A DNA stretch of 64,000 nt, from the NCBI GenBank assembly GCA_965116875.1, contig OZ220733.1, forward strand, positions 1,568,001-1,632,000, given 5' to 3'. The position numbers were made by a program, and so were the translations under genes. Source of the stretch: Candidatus Latescibacterota bacterium. GTDB lineage: Bacteria > Latescibacterota > UBA2968 > GCA-2709665. Under the pieces are notes generated by a model that was given only the letters and a program-made list of their open reading frames with translations, had not been told where the DNA came from and did not search any database. Shown piece after piece: positions 18,098 through 29,419 of this stretch; position 1 is the stretch's first letter; each line of letters opens with the position of its first letter.

Positions 18098-20110
18098 TCA
18101 ATCAATTAACAACGGCGCCAGAACCAGCGAGACGACGGACATGAGTTTGATGAGTATGTTCAGCGAGGGGCCGGAGGTGTCCTTCAGCGGATCGCCCACG
18201 GTGTCGCCAACCACCGCGGCTTTGTGCGCGTCCGAGCCCTTGCCGCCGAAATTGCCCTCTTCGATATGCTTCTTGCCGTTGTCCAGCACGCCGCCGCTGT
18301 TGGCCATCATCAGCGCCATGAGCATGCCGCTCAACAACGCCCCGGCCAGCATGCCGCCCAGCGCTTCCTTTCCGAGGATGAATCCGACCAGGACGGGCGT
18401 AAGCACGGCAACCACCCCGGGCGGCACCATTTCCCGCAGGGCCGCGACCGTACTGATATCCACGCAGCGCCGGGTATCGGGCTTGCCGGTGCCGTCCATC
18501 AGTCCCGGAATCTCCCGGAACTGCCGGCGGACCTCTTCCACCATCCTGAAAGCCGCCCGTCCCACCGAGGTCATGGTCTGCGCGGCCACGAGGAACGGGA
18601 TCGCGCCGCCGATGAACAGGCCGATCACCACCATCGGCGAGGTGAGGTTGATCACCTCCAGCTTCACCGTGGACGCATAGGCGGAGAAAAGCGCCAGGGC
18701 AGTGAGCGCGGCTGAGCCGATGGCGAAGCCCTTGCCGATGGCCGCCGTGGTGTTGCCCAACGAGTCCAGGCCGTCCGTGATCTTCCTGGTCTCCGGTCCG
18801 AGTTCGGCCATCTCGGAAATGCCGCCCGCGTTGTCCGCGATGGGCCCGTACGCGTCCACCGCCATGGTGATGCCCACGGTTGCCAGCATTCCCACGGCCG
18901 CGATGCCGATGCCGTACAGCCCGGCGAAGTGATAGGCGAACCCGATGGCGGCGCAGATGCACAGAACGGGAAGGAAGGTGCTCTGCATGCCGATGGCCAG
19001 GCCCGAGATGATATTGGTGGCGGGACCGGTTTCGGATGATTCGGCCACCTTGCTCACCGGCGCGCCGCCGGTGTAGTATTCGGTGAGCAGACCGATGAGG
19101 ATGCCCGTGAGACCGCCCAGGAGAATCGCCCAGAACACGCCTTCCGAGAGGCCCATGCCGTCCACCGCGAAATAGCTGCCGGCGAACATGACGCCCGCGG
19201 CCACGAAAGAAGCGTACCGGAGGGCGGCCGCGGGGCTGAAGCGCTGCAGGACCTGCATCGCCAGCACGCCAATCAGCGACGCCACCAGGCCGATTGTGGC
19301 CACGATGAGCGGCAGTTGCATGGCCGTCAGCTTCACGACCCCGGCGTCATACACGGAACTGCCGGCCAGCGTGGGTATCAGCGCCGGCGCAGCCGTGGCC
19401 GCGATGGCGATGGTCGCCACGATGGAACCCACGTACGACTCGAAGATGTCGGCCCCCATCCCGGCCACGTCGCCCACGTTGTCGCCCACGAAATCGGCGA
19501 GCGCCGCGGGGTTTCGCGGATCGTCCTCGGGAATGCCGGCCTCCACCTTGCCGACGAGATCGGCGCCCACGTCGGCCGTTTTCGTATAGATACCGCCGCC
19601 CACGCGCGCGAACAGGGCAATGGAACTGGCGCCCATCGCGAACCCGTTGATGATCACCGCCTGTTCCGCGTTACCGTACAAAAGGAAGAGTACGCCCACA
19701 CCCAGCAGGCCCAGGCTGGCCACGGCGAGGCCCATCACCGTACCGCCGGAGAACGCCACGCTCAGGGCGCTTGCCTCGCCCTCCTGGTTGGCGGCGTACG
19801 CGGTGCGCACGTTGGCCTTGGTGGCCGCCTTCATCCCGAAAAAACCGGCGCATATCGAACAGATTGCGCCGGCCAGAAAGGCGAAGGCCGTGCTGAACGG
19901 CCTGATGCCGATCGAAAGCAGGATGAATACCGCCACAATGAAAATCGCGAGTACCACGTACTCGCGCTTCAAAAACGCCATGGCGCCTTCGTGGATGGCA
20001 TCCGAAATTTCCCGCATCCGGTCCGTACCTGCCGGTTTGCGGGTAATCAGGACGTACACCAGGCCGGCGACCAGCAGCCCTGCGATCCCAAATATCGGCG
20101 TCCAAATCAT
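18098..20110 (-). CDS. hppA: Membrane-bound K+-dependent (probably Na+-translocating) pyrophosphatase
   Basis: [54 protein letters not shown] is the K+-dependent signature. Confidence 0.95.
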   Translation of the reverse strand: MIWTPIFGIAGLLVAGLVYVLITRKPAGTDRMREISDAIHEGAMAFLKREYVVLAIFIVAVFILLSIGIRPFSTAFAFLAGAICSICAGFFGMKAATKANVRTAYAANQEGEASALSVAFSGGTVMGLAVASLGLLGVGVLFLLYGNAEQAVIINGFAMGASSIALFARVGGGIYTKTADVGADLVGKVEAGIPEDDPRNPAALADFVGDNVGDVAGMGADIFESYVGSIVATIAIAATAAPALIPTLAGSSVYDAGVVKLTAMQLPLIVATIGLVASLIGVLAMQVLQRFSPAAALRYASFVAAGVMFAGSYFAVDGMGLSEGVFWAILLGGLTGILIGLLTEYYTGGAPVSKVAESSETGPATNIISGLAIGMQSTFLPVLCICAAIGFAYHFAGLYGIGIAAVGMLATVGITMAVDAYGPIADNAGGISEMAELGPETRKITDGLDSLGNTTAAIGKGFAIGSAALTALALFSAYASTVKLEVINLTSPMVVIGLFIGGAIPFLVAAQTMTSVGRAAFRMVEEVRRQFREIPGLMDGTGKPDTRRCVDISTVAALREMVPPGVVAVLTPVLVGFILGKEALGGMLAGALLSGMLMALMMANSGGVLDNGKKHIEEGNFGGKGSDAHKAAVVGDTVGDPLKDTSGPSLNILIKLMSVVSLVLAPLLID

Positions 20111-20124
20111 GAAAACCTCCAAAA

Positions 20125-20328
20125 TCGGTGAGACGGAAGACGGGAGAGGGTAGAAATTACCTGCCTTGAGAGGATTCTTCTCGTGCCGGAGGCCAGGAGG
20201 AATAACATACCCGGCGAGATTTCTTCTACCGTCTGCCTTCTCCCGTCTCCCCGCATTTATTCTACCGTCTCACCTCTACCGTCTCCCCGAATTTCTTCTA
20301 CCGTCTCACTTCTCCCGTTTCCCCGCAT
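20125..20328. repeat. GAGACG.../...CCGTCTC 7-mer-bounded element with an expanded right arm
   Basis: Core GGTTTCTTCTC.TGCCGGAGGC shared with about 16330, 16755, 17970, 20930, 21885, 32160 and 37020. Confidence 0.8.
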
Positions 20329-20886
20329 TTACGAATTAAACCGATTCATCGCCGCGTCTATCCCGTATTCCATCCAGCATTCCACGCCTGCGGCGGCTTC
20401 GCGGACCGCCGCGTCCACCACGTCGGATTCATCGTTTTCGAACCGGCTGAGGACGTGTTCGATCCGGTCGACGCCTTCGGGCGGCGCACCGACACCCACT
20501 CGCAGCCTGGGAAAGGCCCCGGACCCGACGCAGTCGATGATCGACCCCAGGCCGTTGTGACCCCCGTCACTGCCCCCTCGACGCAACCGGATCCTGCCCG
20601 GATCCAGGTGAACGTCGTCCACCACCACCAGGACGTCTCCGAGTTCCACGTCGAACCGGTCCCGGACGTCCGCAACCGCAACGCCGCTGCGATTCATGAA
20701 GGTAACGGGCTTGACCAGCAGCAACGCGCCGGTACGCTTCTCGATCCGGCAAAAAAAATACCAGGCGCTTTCCGACCAGGTCCCCTTCAGCCTCTCCGCC
20801 AGCCGATCCACCACCCGATAGCCCAGATTGTGGCGGGTATGAGCGTATTCGGAACCCGGGTTGCCCAGACCCACGACAACCTTCAC
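20329..20886 (-). CDS. pth: Peptidyl-tRNA hydrolase
   Basis: VVGLGNPG.EY..TRHNLG; KPVTFMNRSG; GGSDGGHNGL; RLRVGVG. Confidence 0.97.
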   Translation of the reverse strand: MKVVVGLGNPGSEYAHTRHNLGYRVVDRLAERLKGTWSESAWYFFCRIEKRTGALLLVKPVTFMNRSGVAVADVRDRFDVELGDVLVVVDDVHLDPGRIRLRRGGSDGGHNGLGSIIDCVGSGAFPRLRVGVGAPPEGVDRIEHVLSRFENDESDVVDAAVREAAAGVECWMEYGIDAAMNRFNS

Positions 20887-21042
20887 GGAAGACCTCCAAA
20901 GGCGGTGAGACGGGAGAGATTTCCTGCCTTGTGAGGTTACTTATCGTGCCGGAGGCAAGAAAGAATAAAACATCGGGCAAGGACATCCTCTACCGTCTAC
21001 CCTCTTCCGTCTCCCCACATTTATTCTGCCCTCTCTCCGCAA

Positions 21043-21726
21043 CTATTCTTCCTCTTCCTCCTCGTCCCGTTTGCCGCGTTCGATGACCTCGGGCTCCTGC
21101 ATCTCTTCCTCTTCCTCGAGTTCCTCTTCCTCTTCTTCTTCAACCTGCGATACGGACGGCGGCACCACCACGAACAGGGACCGGTCGCCCTCGGTGACGA
21201 TCTCCACGTTGCCCGTTACATTCAGATCGGAAACGTGTACCGAGTCTCCGATATCCATATCCGTAACGTCGAAGCTGATGCTCTCGGGGATCTCGGCAGG
21301 CAGACACGACACCTCCACGTGGTGAAGCAACTGTTCCAGGATCCCGCTCTCCGAGCGGACGCCGGCAGGTATGCCCTCGGATTCAACGCGAACTTCCACG
21401 ACGATGGTCCGGGTGAGCGAAATCCGGTAGAAATCGGCGTGGAGGAGATGCCCGCCGACGGGGTGGTGCTGGAGGTCCTTGACGATGGCGGTGGCCTCGG
21501 ACCGCCCTTCCCCGTTGTCCACGACCAGGGACAGAAGCGTATTCCGACCGTGCTCGTGCAGGACCGTTGCCAACTCCTTCGCGTCGACCGTACAGGCGAC
21601 GGACGCGCTCCGGTCGCCGTAGACGACCGCCGGAATCCTCCCGGTTCGCCGGATGCGCTTGGCCTCGCCCTTGCCGGTTCCGGCGCGAACTTCAGCCTGT
21701 AGACTTACGCCGTTATTGTCTGCCAT
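21043..21726 (-). CDS. rplY: 50S ribosomal protein L25 / Ctc form
   Basis: GKGEAKRIRRTGRIPAVVYG; LQHHPV...LHADFY; GIPAGV...GILEQ; IGDSVHVSDL. Confidence 0.96.
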   Translation of the reverse strand: MADNNGVSLQAEVRAGTGKGEAKRIRRTGRIPAVVYGDRSASVACTVDAKELATVLHEHGRNTLLSLVVDNGEGRSEATAIVKDLQHHPVGGHLLHADFYRISLTRTIVVEVRVESEGIPAGVRSESGILEQLLHHVEVSCLPAEIPESISFDVTDMDIGDSVHVSDLNVTGNVEIVTEGDRSLFVVVPPSVSQVEEEEEEELEEEEEMQEPEVIERGKRDEEEEEE

Positions 21727-21763
21727 TGATGGGACCTCCACGATAAGCTGTTCTGTTTTTTTA

Positions 21764-21834
21764 CTGCCGGGCAGGGATTCGAACCCCGATAAACGGCTCC
21801 AAAGGCCGCTGTCTTACCCTTAGACGACCCGGCA
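21764..21834 (-). tRNA. tRNA-Gln (TTG), CCA not encoded
   Basis: TGCCGGG/CCCGGCA acceptor stem; anticodon arm GCGGC-CT-TTG-GA-GCCGT; T-loop GGTTCGAATCC; canonical position after ispE. Confidence 0.96.
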
Positions 21835-21998
21835 TCACCAAACGGTGAGACGTAAGACGTGAGACGTTAGAGATTTCCTGCCCTGTGAGGTTTCCTCTCG
21901 TGCCGGAGGCAAGAAGGATTAGAATATAGGGCAAGGGCTTCTTCTCCCGTCTACCCTCTACCCTCTCCCCTCTCCCCGCCTTTACGAATTGTATCTAT

Positions 21999-22868
21999 TC
22001 ATCGACGCGGCCGATAGCGACACAGATAGACCCGACGCCCACGGCCCTGTACACGGACTACCGCGGCCGAGGCTTGCCGGGCCTCACGAAAAACCCCGAA
22101 GAGCGTGGACCCGCTGCCCGATACCGAGCAGGCGACCGCGCCTCCGTCGGCCAGTGTCGCAAGGATTCGCGTCACGCCCTTGCCGGCGGCTTCCACGACG
22201 GGAAGAAAGTCGTTCTCCAGACAGGCGAACAATCGGTCCGCACAGATCCCGCCTGATTTTTCCGCAAAGTCCAGAAATGTACCACACGCCTCTAATTCTG
22301 TCAAGCCAATTCTCACGTTTTGATAGGCCCGGGCGGTGGATACGGGAAACCCGGGATACACCAGCACGTACCAGAATTCGTCCTCCCAATCCACCGGCCG
22401 GATCCGCTCTCCACGCCCGGTCGCGACGGCCGTGCCGCCCGTCAGGAAGAAGGGGACGTCGGACCCGAGTTCCGCCGCGAGGCCGGACAGACGTTCCGGA
22501 CCCAGGCGCAGTCCCCAGAGCCGGTCCAGCCCCCGCAGGGTCGCGGCCGCGTTGGAACTCCCGCCGCCGAGGCCCGCGCCGGCCGGAATGCGTTTGTCCA
22601 GGTCCACGCGCACGCCCCGTTTGTCGCCCGTTTCTCGGCGGAGGACCTCCACGGCACGGAAGACGAGATTCTCCGGCCCGGCGGGGACGTCCGGATGATT
22701 GCACCGGACCCGCGTCTCGCCGGTCGCGGCGGACGTGAACGACAGCCGGTCGCACAGGTCCACCGTCTGCAGAACGGAAACGATATCGTGATAGCCGTCC
22801 CGCCTGCGGCGAAGGATCTTCAGGCCCAGGTTCAACTTTGCGGGCGCGATTTCGATGAGGGGATGCAA
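21999..22868 (-). CDS. ispE: 4-diphosphocytidyl-2-C-methyl-D-erythritol kinase
   Basis: APAKLNLGL...DGYH; KRIPAGAGLGGGSSNAA; LGSDVPFF; SGSGST; TTG start with GAGG RBS. Confidence 0.96.
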   Translation of the reverse strand: MHPLIEIAPAKLNLGLKILRRRRDGYHDIVSVLQTVDLCDRLSFTSAATGETRVRCNHPDVPAGPENLVFRAVEVLRRETGDKRGVRVDLDKRIPAGAGLGGGSSNAAATLRGLDRLWGLRLGPERLSGLAAELGSDVPFFLTGGTAVATGRGERIRPVDWEDEFWYVLVYPGFPVSTARAYQNVRIGLTELEACGTFLDFAEKSGGICADRLFACLENDFLPVVEAAGKGVTRILATLADGGAVACSVSGSGSTLFGVFREARQASAAVVRVQGRGRRVYLCRYRPRR

Positions 22869-22899
22869 ATCAACATACCTCGAAAATCGGCCTCACACG

Positions 22900-22960
22900 G
22901 AGGCACGAAGGCACAAAGGGCACAAAGGGCACAAAGGGCACAAAGGGCACAAAGAAAGGC
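22900..22960. repeat. 9-bp tandem repeat (GGCACAAAG), about five copies
   Basis: GCACGAAGGCACAAAGGGCACAAAGGGCACAAAGGGCACAAAGGGCACAAAG. Confidence 0.9.
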
Positions 22961-22964
22961 AGAC

Positions 22965-23745
22965 AGCAAAAACGAATGGCAAGATCAAGAGCTACCACTC
23001 CTCCCGGCCCCGCCGACCTCTCGGAACAAGCAGTCAGCTCTCAGCCATCAGCTAAAAACAAAGAGCGAAAACCAAAGCCAGGATCAAAAACGAAAGGCAA
23101 GATCAAAAGCCCTTCCCAGCCCCGCCGACCTCTCTCCCCGGCCCTCTCTCCCACCGGGAGAGAGGGTGAGAGACCACGACATGATCTACCAATATCCGGA
23201 GCGAGGGCATCCCTGCCCTCGTACTTCGAGCAACCGACGAGTTTGAATAACAAGCGCCCTATTGCTTCCCTTCCTTCCGAAACCAGGTCTGAAATAACGA
23301 CGCCGGGACCTCGCGAATCAGCCACCGAGGGCAGGATGCCCTCGCTCCCTGGGGGATTTCCCCCCAACCTGCAGAAGCGGGGAGACGGAAATGGGAGACG
23401 ACAGCGCCGACGGTATTCCGATCTCCTCGCCAATCCATTTCCATTAGAATCTTTCGAGAGTCCTGTTGCAGACGTGACAGATATCAAATTTACCGCAGCC
23501 TTTTCCTTCTTCCTTCTTCCTTCTTCCTTCTTCCTTCTTCCTTCCGGTACGGGGTAGGTCCGGGAAATGCGGGGACGACGGCGGCGCCGGTTTTCCGCTC
23601 TCCTCGGCAATCCATTTCCATTCGAATCTTTCGAGAGTCCTGTTGCAGACGTGACAGAAGTCAAAGTTACCGCCGCCTTTTCCTTTTTCCTTTTTCCTTT
23701 TTCCTTTTTTTTTCTTCCTTCTTCCTTCTTCCTTGTAGGTCGGGC
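22965..23745. repeat. Modular repeat mosaic, including an inverted CGAGGGCATCCTGCCCTCG REP pair and a duplicated type-2 spacer with TTCCTTC tracts
   Basis: 23197-23350 is near-identical to 32423-32572; 23400-23550 resembles 23580-23735. Confidence 0.85.
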
Positions 23746-23912
23746 GTTCATGATAACCCCCCGCGTGGTTCTGTCAAACCGCAAACGGCCGCGTCCGGCC
23801 GATGGGTCTGCCAAACTTGCAGTCCACGTGAACCGGGAGGTCCTCACCCATGGAGGCCGGTCCGAGCATGCTCCGCATCGCGCCCGCGCGCCGACGGAGT
23901 CGAAGTCAGGGG

Positions 23913-23941
23913 TTGACCCGCGCGCGCAAATCCGGTAAATT
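23913..23941 (+). promoter_or_regulatory. Putative sigma-70 promoter for the TPR gene
   Basis: TTGACC-N17-TAAATT about 50 nt upstream of the ATG. Confidence 0.5.
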
Positions 23942-23990
23942 GAGACCGTTGGATTCATGACGCCGTGAACACGCATAACCTCCATAAAAT

Positions 23991-26900
23991 ATGTATATTT
24001 CACGCATTTTCAACGCACCCGCGTCAGCGTCGCGGTTCCTTCCGGTTGCGGTCATCGGTCTCTGTGTCCTGTTCGCCGGGTCCGCTCCCGTTCGGGGACA
24101 GGCCGCCGAGGGCGAGGACGAGAGTTTCGAGCTTGCGCAACGGCTCTTCGACAACCGGGACTATGCCAATGCGGCGCAGGAGTTCCGGCGCTTCATCGCC
24201 GGGTACCCCGCAAGCGCGCGGCTTCACTCGGCGCTCTATCAACGGGGAGAAGCCCATTTTCTGGGCGAGCAGTACAGAGAAGCCGTCGAAGCGTACGGCG
24301 ATTTTCTCGTCCGCTATCCCGGGCGGCTCGAAGCGGCCCCTGTCATGCGGCGGAAGGCGCAGGCATTCGAGTATCTTTCCGAATTCGCAATGGCGGGCGC
24401 CGCCTTCCAGGAAGCGTACGACCGGTTCCCCGCGGCGAAGCATGCCGCCGGAAACCTGCTCGCGGCAGGGATGAATTTCGGCAGGGCAAAGGACCCGGAC
24501 GCCGCAGGGAAGGCGTTCGGCGCGCTCGCGGAGAATTTCCCGCAGTCCAAACTCGCCGCGGAGGCCAACTACAACTGGGGGCTCGTCCTCCTGGATGCCG
24601 GTCGCCCCGATGAAGCGCTGGACCGGTTCCGGACAATCACAGCGCCGGGCCCGGACTCCAAATGGACCCCGGACGCCCTGCTGGAAACCGGCAGGATCGC
24701 GCTGGGCATGAAGGACGAGAAAGAGGCGGAAGCGGCCTTCGGCAGGCTGCGCAGGGCCTATCCGCGCAGTTCCGCGGCGGGCGCATCCTACCTGGCGGAG
24801 GGCGCCTGGTACGAAGGCAGGGGTGACTGGTCCCGGGCAGCCGAGATCTACGGGCTGGCCAGGGGCAGCCTTCCGCAAAGCGAAAGCAGGCAGCAGGCGG
24901 TACTGGGCCTTGCCAACGCGTGGCGCGAACTGGGACGCACGGCCGAGGCGCTCGCGCTATTCACGGAGTTTATCAACGTCTATGCCGAAAGTCCCCACCT
25001 GGACCGCGCATGGCTGGGCCTGGGGCGCGCCCACGCCGGTCTGCAACAGCACCGGGAGGCGCAGAACGCGTTCCGCCGGCTCCGGGAACTCTATCCGGAA
25101 ACCGATGCCGGCATTCAGGCGTACGCCGAGATGGGCGACGTCTGGCGCGCGGCGGGCGCCCCGCGCAGGGCATTGAGGGCCTACCGGGCATATATTGAAA
25201 AAACGGAAGCACCGGGCGCCGGAGCATCGGCCCGGCTGCGGATTGGGCGCACGTACGAACAGGACCTGGGCTGGCACGACCTCGCACTGGAAACCTACCG
25301 TGATCTGGCGGATACGGCCCCGGCTTCCGTTGCCGGCGAGGCGCAGTTCGGCATCGCCCGTATCCTGGATCGAACCGGACAGGCGGACCCGGCCATTCGC
25401 GAATACCGTATCTACCTGCAGAGATACCACAGGCGCGCCGCGGAGGCCCAGGACCGCATCCGGTACCTGCGGGAATTCGGACGCGAAGCCACCGGCATAC
25501 CGGCAGCCGAACTCGCCGCACTGCTCTCGAATCTCCCGGTAATCGCCTCCGATCCGTACGCCCAGTTCGTCCTGGGCCGGTTCCTTCACGGCCGCCGGCA
25601 ATATACGGAGGCCGCAGAACAGCTTGCCGCGGCGCTTTCAACGGACGACCCGCAGCCGTTCGCTGCCGAGGCGACCTGGCTTCTTGGCGAGAGCGCCCTG
25701 AAAGTGGCGCGGAAATCGGGGCTGCAGGGCCGGCGCGACGTGGAATCCTTTTGGCACGACAAGGGTCTGGCGGCGCTCATGGAGGTCGAGGCAGGACATC
25801 CCGAAAGCGAGTACGCGGACTACGCCGCCCTGTTGCGCATCGAAACGGAAACCCGTCATGCGGAGGCCCCGGATTCGGCGCGGGCACGGCGGCTACTCGC
25901 AGTATACGGCAAATTCAAAGAGGACTATCCCGAATCCGGCCTTCTCGACCGGGCGCTGCTGGCCATGGCCGACGCGATGCGAACACTGGGCGGGTTCGAG
26001 CCCGCATGGATCGACACGGCCCTGACGACCTACCGCGGCATCCGGAACGCCTATCCGCAAAGCCCTGCCGCGGAACGGGCAACCTACGGCATCGGCCTCT
26101 GCCAGGCCCGGAAGAAAGACTACGTGCCGGCCGAGGAAACACTGCGCGATTTCCTCTTCGAGTATCCGGAAAGCGACCTGGAAAGCCACGCCAGGTACCA
26201 GCTTGGCCGTATCCTCCTGGAGCGGGGCTTCCCGCACAGCGCGGCGGACGACCTGACCGAGCTTCTCGCGGGGCCGGCGCCGGCCGGACTGGCGCGGTCC
26301 GCGCGGGACCTGCTGGCCGAGAGTTACTTCAGGGCCGGGGACTACCGGCGCGCCATCCACGTCGACGTGGAACTTCTGTCGGCCGGGACGGACGGATCCG
26401 TTCTCAGGCGGCTGGCGAAGTCCTACGAGGCGAACGGGCAGGCGGCAGAAGCCATTGAAACCTGCAAGGCCCTGCTCGGCGCTTTTCCGAATGCCGCATA
26501 CGCCGACAGCTTCGCGTATGCCAGGGCGAGGCTTCTGGCGCAACTCGAGCGGAATTCCGAGGCCGTCAAGGCGTTCAAGGCGTTCCCGAAACAGTACCCC
26601 GAAAGCCCGCTCATAGCCGAAGCGGGCAAGACACTGGCCGGCCTCCTGTTTGAGACCGAGGACTACCAGGGTGCGCTATCGGCCCTCGCACAGGTGCCGG
26701 CGGACGCGCGGGACGAGTCGGTTGCCGGGCGTGAAATCCTCAGCCTGTACCGGCTCAGGCGCGCGCAGGAGGCGAAAAAGGCGTCGGGCGGATTCAAGAA
26801 ATCCTATCCGAACAGCCGTGACTGGCTCGCCCGATTCCAGATCGAAGAGGGCAGATATTATCTGAGGGCCGGGAATTTCAAGAAGGCCCGCAAGATTTTC

Positions 26901-27686
26901 GAGGACGTTGTCAGGAACCATCCCGACGGAGAGGCCGCCGCCGAGGGTGCGTGGTATCACGTGAGGACTCTGAAACGGGAGGGTCAGAAGGATGCCTATC
27001 GGGAAGCGCTCGCCGCCTTCGTAAAGGCCCGTTCAGGCAGCCGCCACTGGCCCGCCGCCGCCCTCGAGTTGGCCGATATCCTGTACGACTCCGGCGATTA
27101 CGAACGGGCGTCCAGGGCGTACCGGAACGTGCTCGAGGCCGGCCCCTCTCCGGAAGAAACGCCGAACGTGCTGTCCAGGCTGATGAAGGTGCACAGGCGT
27201 CTGAAGCTGCTCGATACGGCCATCGCCTACGCCAACCGGCTCGTCCAGGAGTTTCCCGGGCACCCGCTTGCTTCGGACGTCCTGATCGACATTGGCACCA
27301 TGCTTCTCGACAACAAACAGTACCGGCTGGCGATCGCCAGGTTGACCCCATTGCTCAGAACCGCGGAGGGAAATGACTGGTCGGGCATTCAGTACACGAT
27401 CGCGCAGAGCCACTTCGCTCTGGGAGACTACGACAGCGCGATCCGGGAATATCTGAAGCTCCAGTATCAGTACCAGGGCGAGCCGCGGTGGCGCGCGAAC
27501 GCGAATTACGGACTGGCCGACTGTTACGAAGCCAAGGGGAATTTTGAGGAAGCGATCCGGGAGCTGAAGGCCATCCAGCGCCGGGAGGGGGCCGCCAGCG
27601 ACCTGGGTCTGCAGGCCGGGAAACGCATCGAACTGTTGAAGGTGTTGTTGGACGGCAGCCGGGAATCGGATACGCCCGCGCAATAG
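23991..27686 (+). CDS. Secreted multi-TPR protein (BamD/CpoB-type repeats, 1231 aa)
   Basis: Signal peptide; many repeats of the form A...F..F...YP.S....A.Y..G. Confidence 0.88.
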   Translation: MYISRIFNAPASASRFLPVAVIGLCVLFAGSAPVRGQAAEGEDESFELAQRLFDNRDYANAAQEFRRFIAGYPASARLHSALYQRGEAHFLGEQYREAVEAYGDFLVRYPGRLEAAPVMRRKAQAFEYLSEFAMAGAAFQEAYDRFPAAKHAAGNLLAAGMNFGRAKDPDAAGKAFGALAENFPQSKLAAEANYNWGLVLLDAGRPDEALDRFRTITAPGPDSKWTPDALLETGRIALGMKDEKEAEAAFGRLRRAYPRSSAAGASYLAEGAWYEGRGDWSRAAEIYGLARGSLPQSESRQQAVLGLANAWRELGRTAEALALFTEFINVYAESPHLDRAWLGLGRAHAGLQQHREAQNAFRRLRELYPETDAGIQAYAEMGDVWRAAGAPRRALRAYRAYIEKTEAPGAGASARLRIGRTYEQDLGWHDLALETYRDLADTAPASVAGEAQFGIARILDRTGQADPAIREYRIYLQRYHRRAAEAQDRIRYLREFGREATGIPAAELAALLSNLPVIASDPYAQFVLGRFLHGRRQYTEAAEQLAAALSTDDPQPFAAEATWLLGESALKVARKSGLQGRRDVESFWHDKGLAALMEVEAGHPESEYADYAALLRIETETRHAEAPDSARARRLLAVYGKFKEDYPESGLLDRALLAMADAMRTLGGFEPAWIDTALTTYRGIRNAYPQSPAAERATYGIGLCQARKKDYVPAEETLRDFLFEYPESDLESHARYQLGRILLERGFPHSAADDLTELLAGPAPAGLARSARDLLAESYFRAGDYRRAIHVDVELLSAGTDGSVLRRLAKSYEANGQAAEAIETCKALLGAFPNAAYADSFAYARARLLAQLERNSEAVKAFKAFPKQYPESPLIAEAGKTLAGLLFETEDYQGALSALAQVPADARDESVAGREILSLYRLRRAQEAKKASGGFKKSYPNSRDWLARFQIEEGRYYLRAGNFKKARKIFEDVVRNHPDGEAAAEGAWYHVRTLKREGQKDAYREALAAFVKARSGSRHWPAAALELADILYDSGDYERASRAYRNVLEAGPSPEETPNVLSRLMKVHRRLKLLDTAIAYANRLVQEFPGHPLASDVLIDIGTMLLDNKQYRLAIARLTPLLRTAEGNDWSGIQYTIAQSHFALGDYDSAIREYLKLQYQYQGEPRWRANANYGLADCYEAKGNFEEAIRELKAIQRREGAASDLGLQAGKRIELLKVLLDGSRESDTPAQ

Positions 27687-27870
27687 ACTTTTGTACGAAA
27701 CCACTGCTGTCCAGGAACAAAGTGACTTTTCCAGCGCCCATACTTGAGCTCGTTCGGTCCCATTGAGCCCGATGCCTTTCCCAGGAGCGAGAGCATCCTG
27801 CCCTCGCTCCGGATACCGGTGGAAGGCCGGACCATTCGGAAAACAAACCCGATTTACCCAACTGAACGCC

Positions 27871-29418
<1,548 letters not shown>

Positions 29419-29419
29419 A

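Noticed and set aside
21043-21145. GAA/GAG-rich tract as a tandem repeat
   Set aside because: Encodes the ordinary acidic tail of L25/Ctc; the same applies to S6.
23750-23910. Unique GC-rich stretch between ispE and the TPR gene as 6S/SRP RNA or a small ORF
   Set aside because: No recognisable SRP (GGAA tetraloop domain) or 6S signature by eye and no credible ORF; left unexplained, needs an Rfam scan.
23041-24003. 320-aa ORF and other small ORFs (e.g. 16450-16752, 29625-30275, 32412-32819) in intergenic blocks
   Set aside because: Translations of repeat modules (AISYQLSA, DLSPRPSLLKERG, GQDALAP); not proteins.
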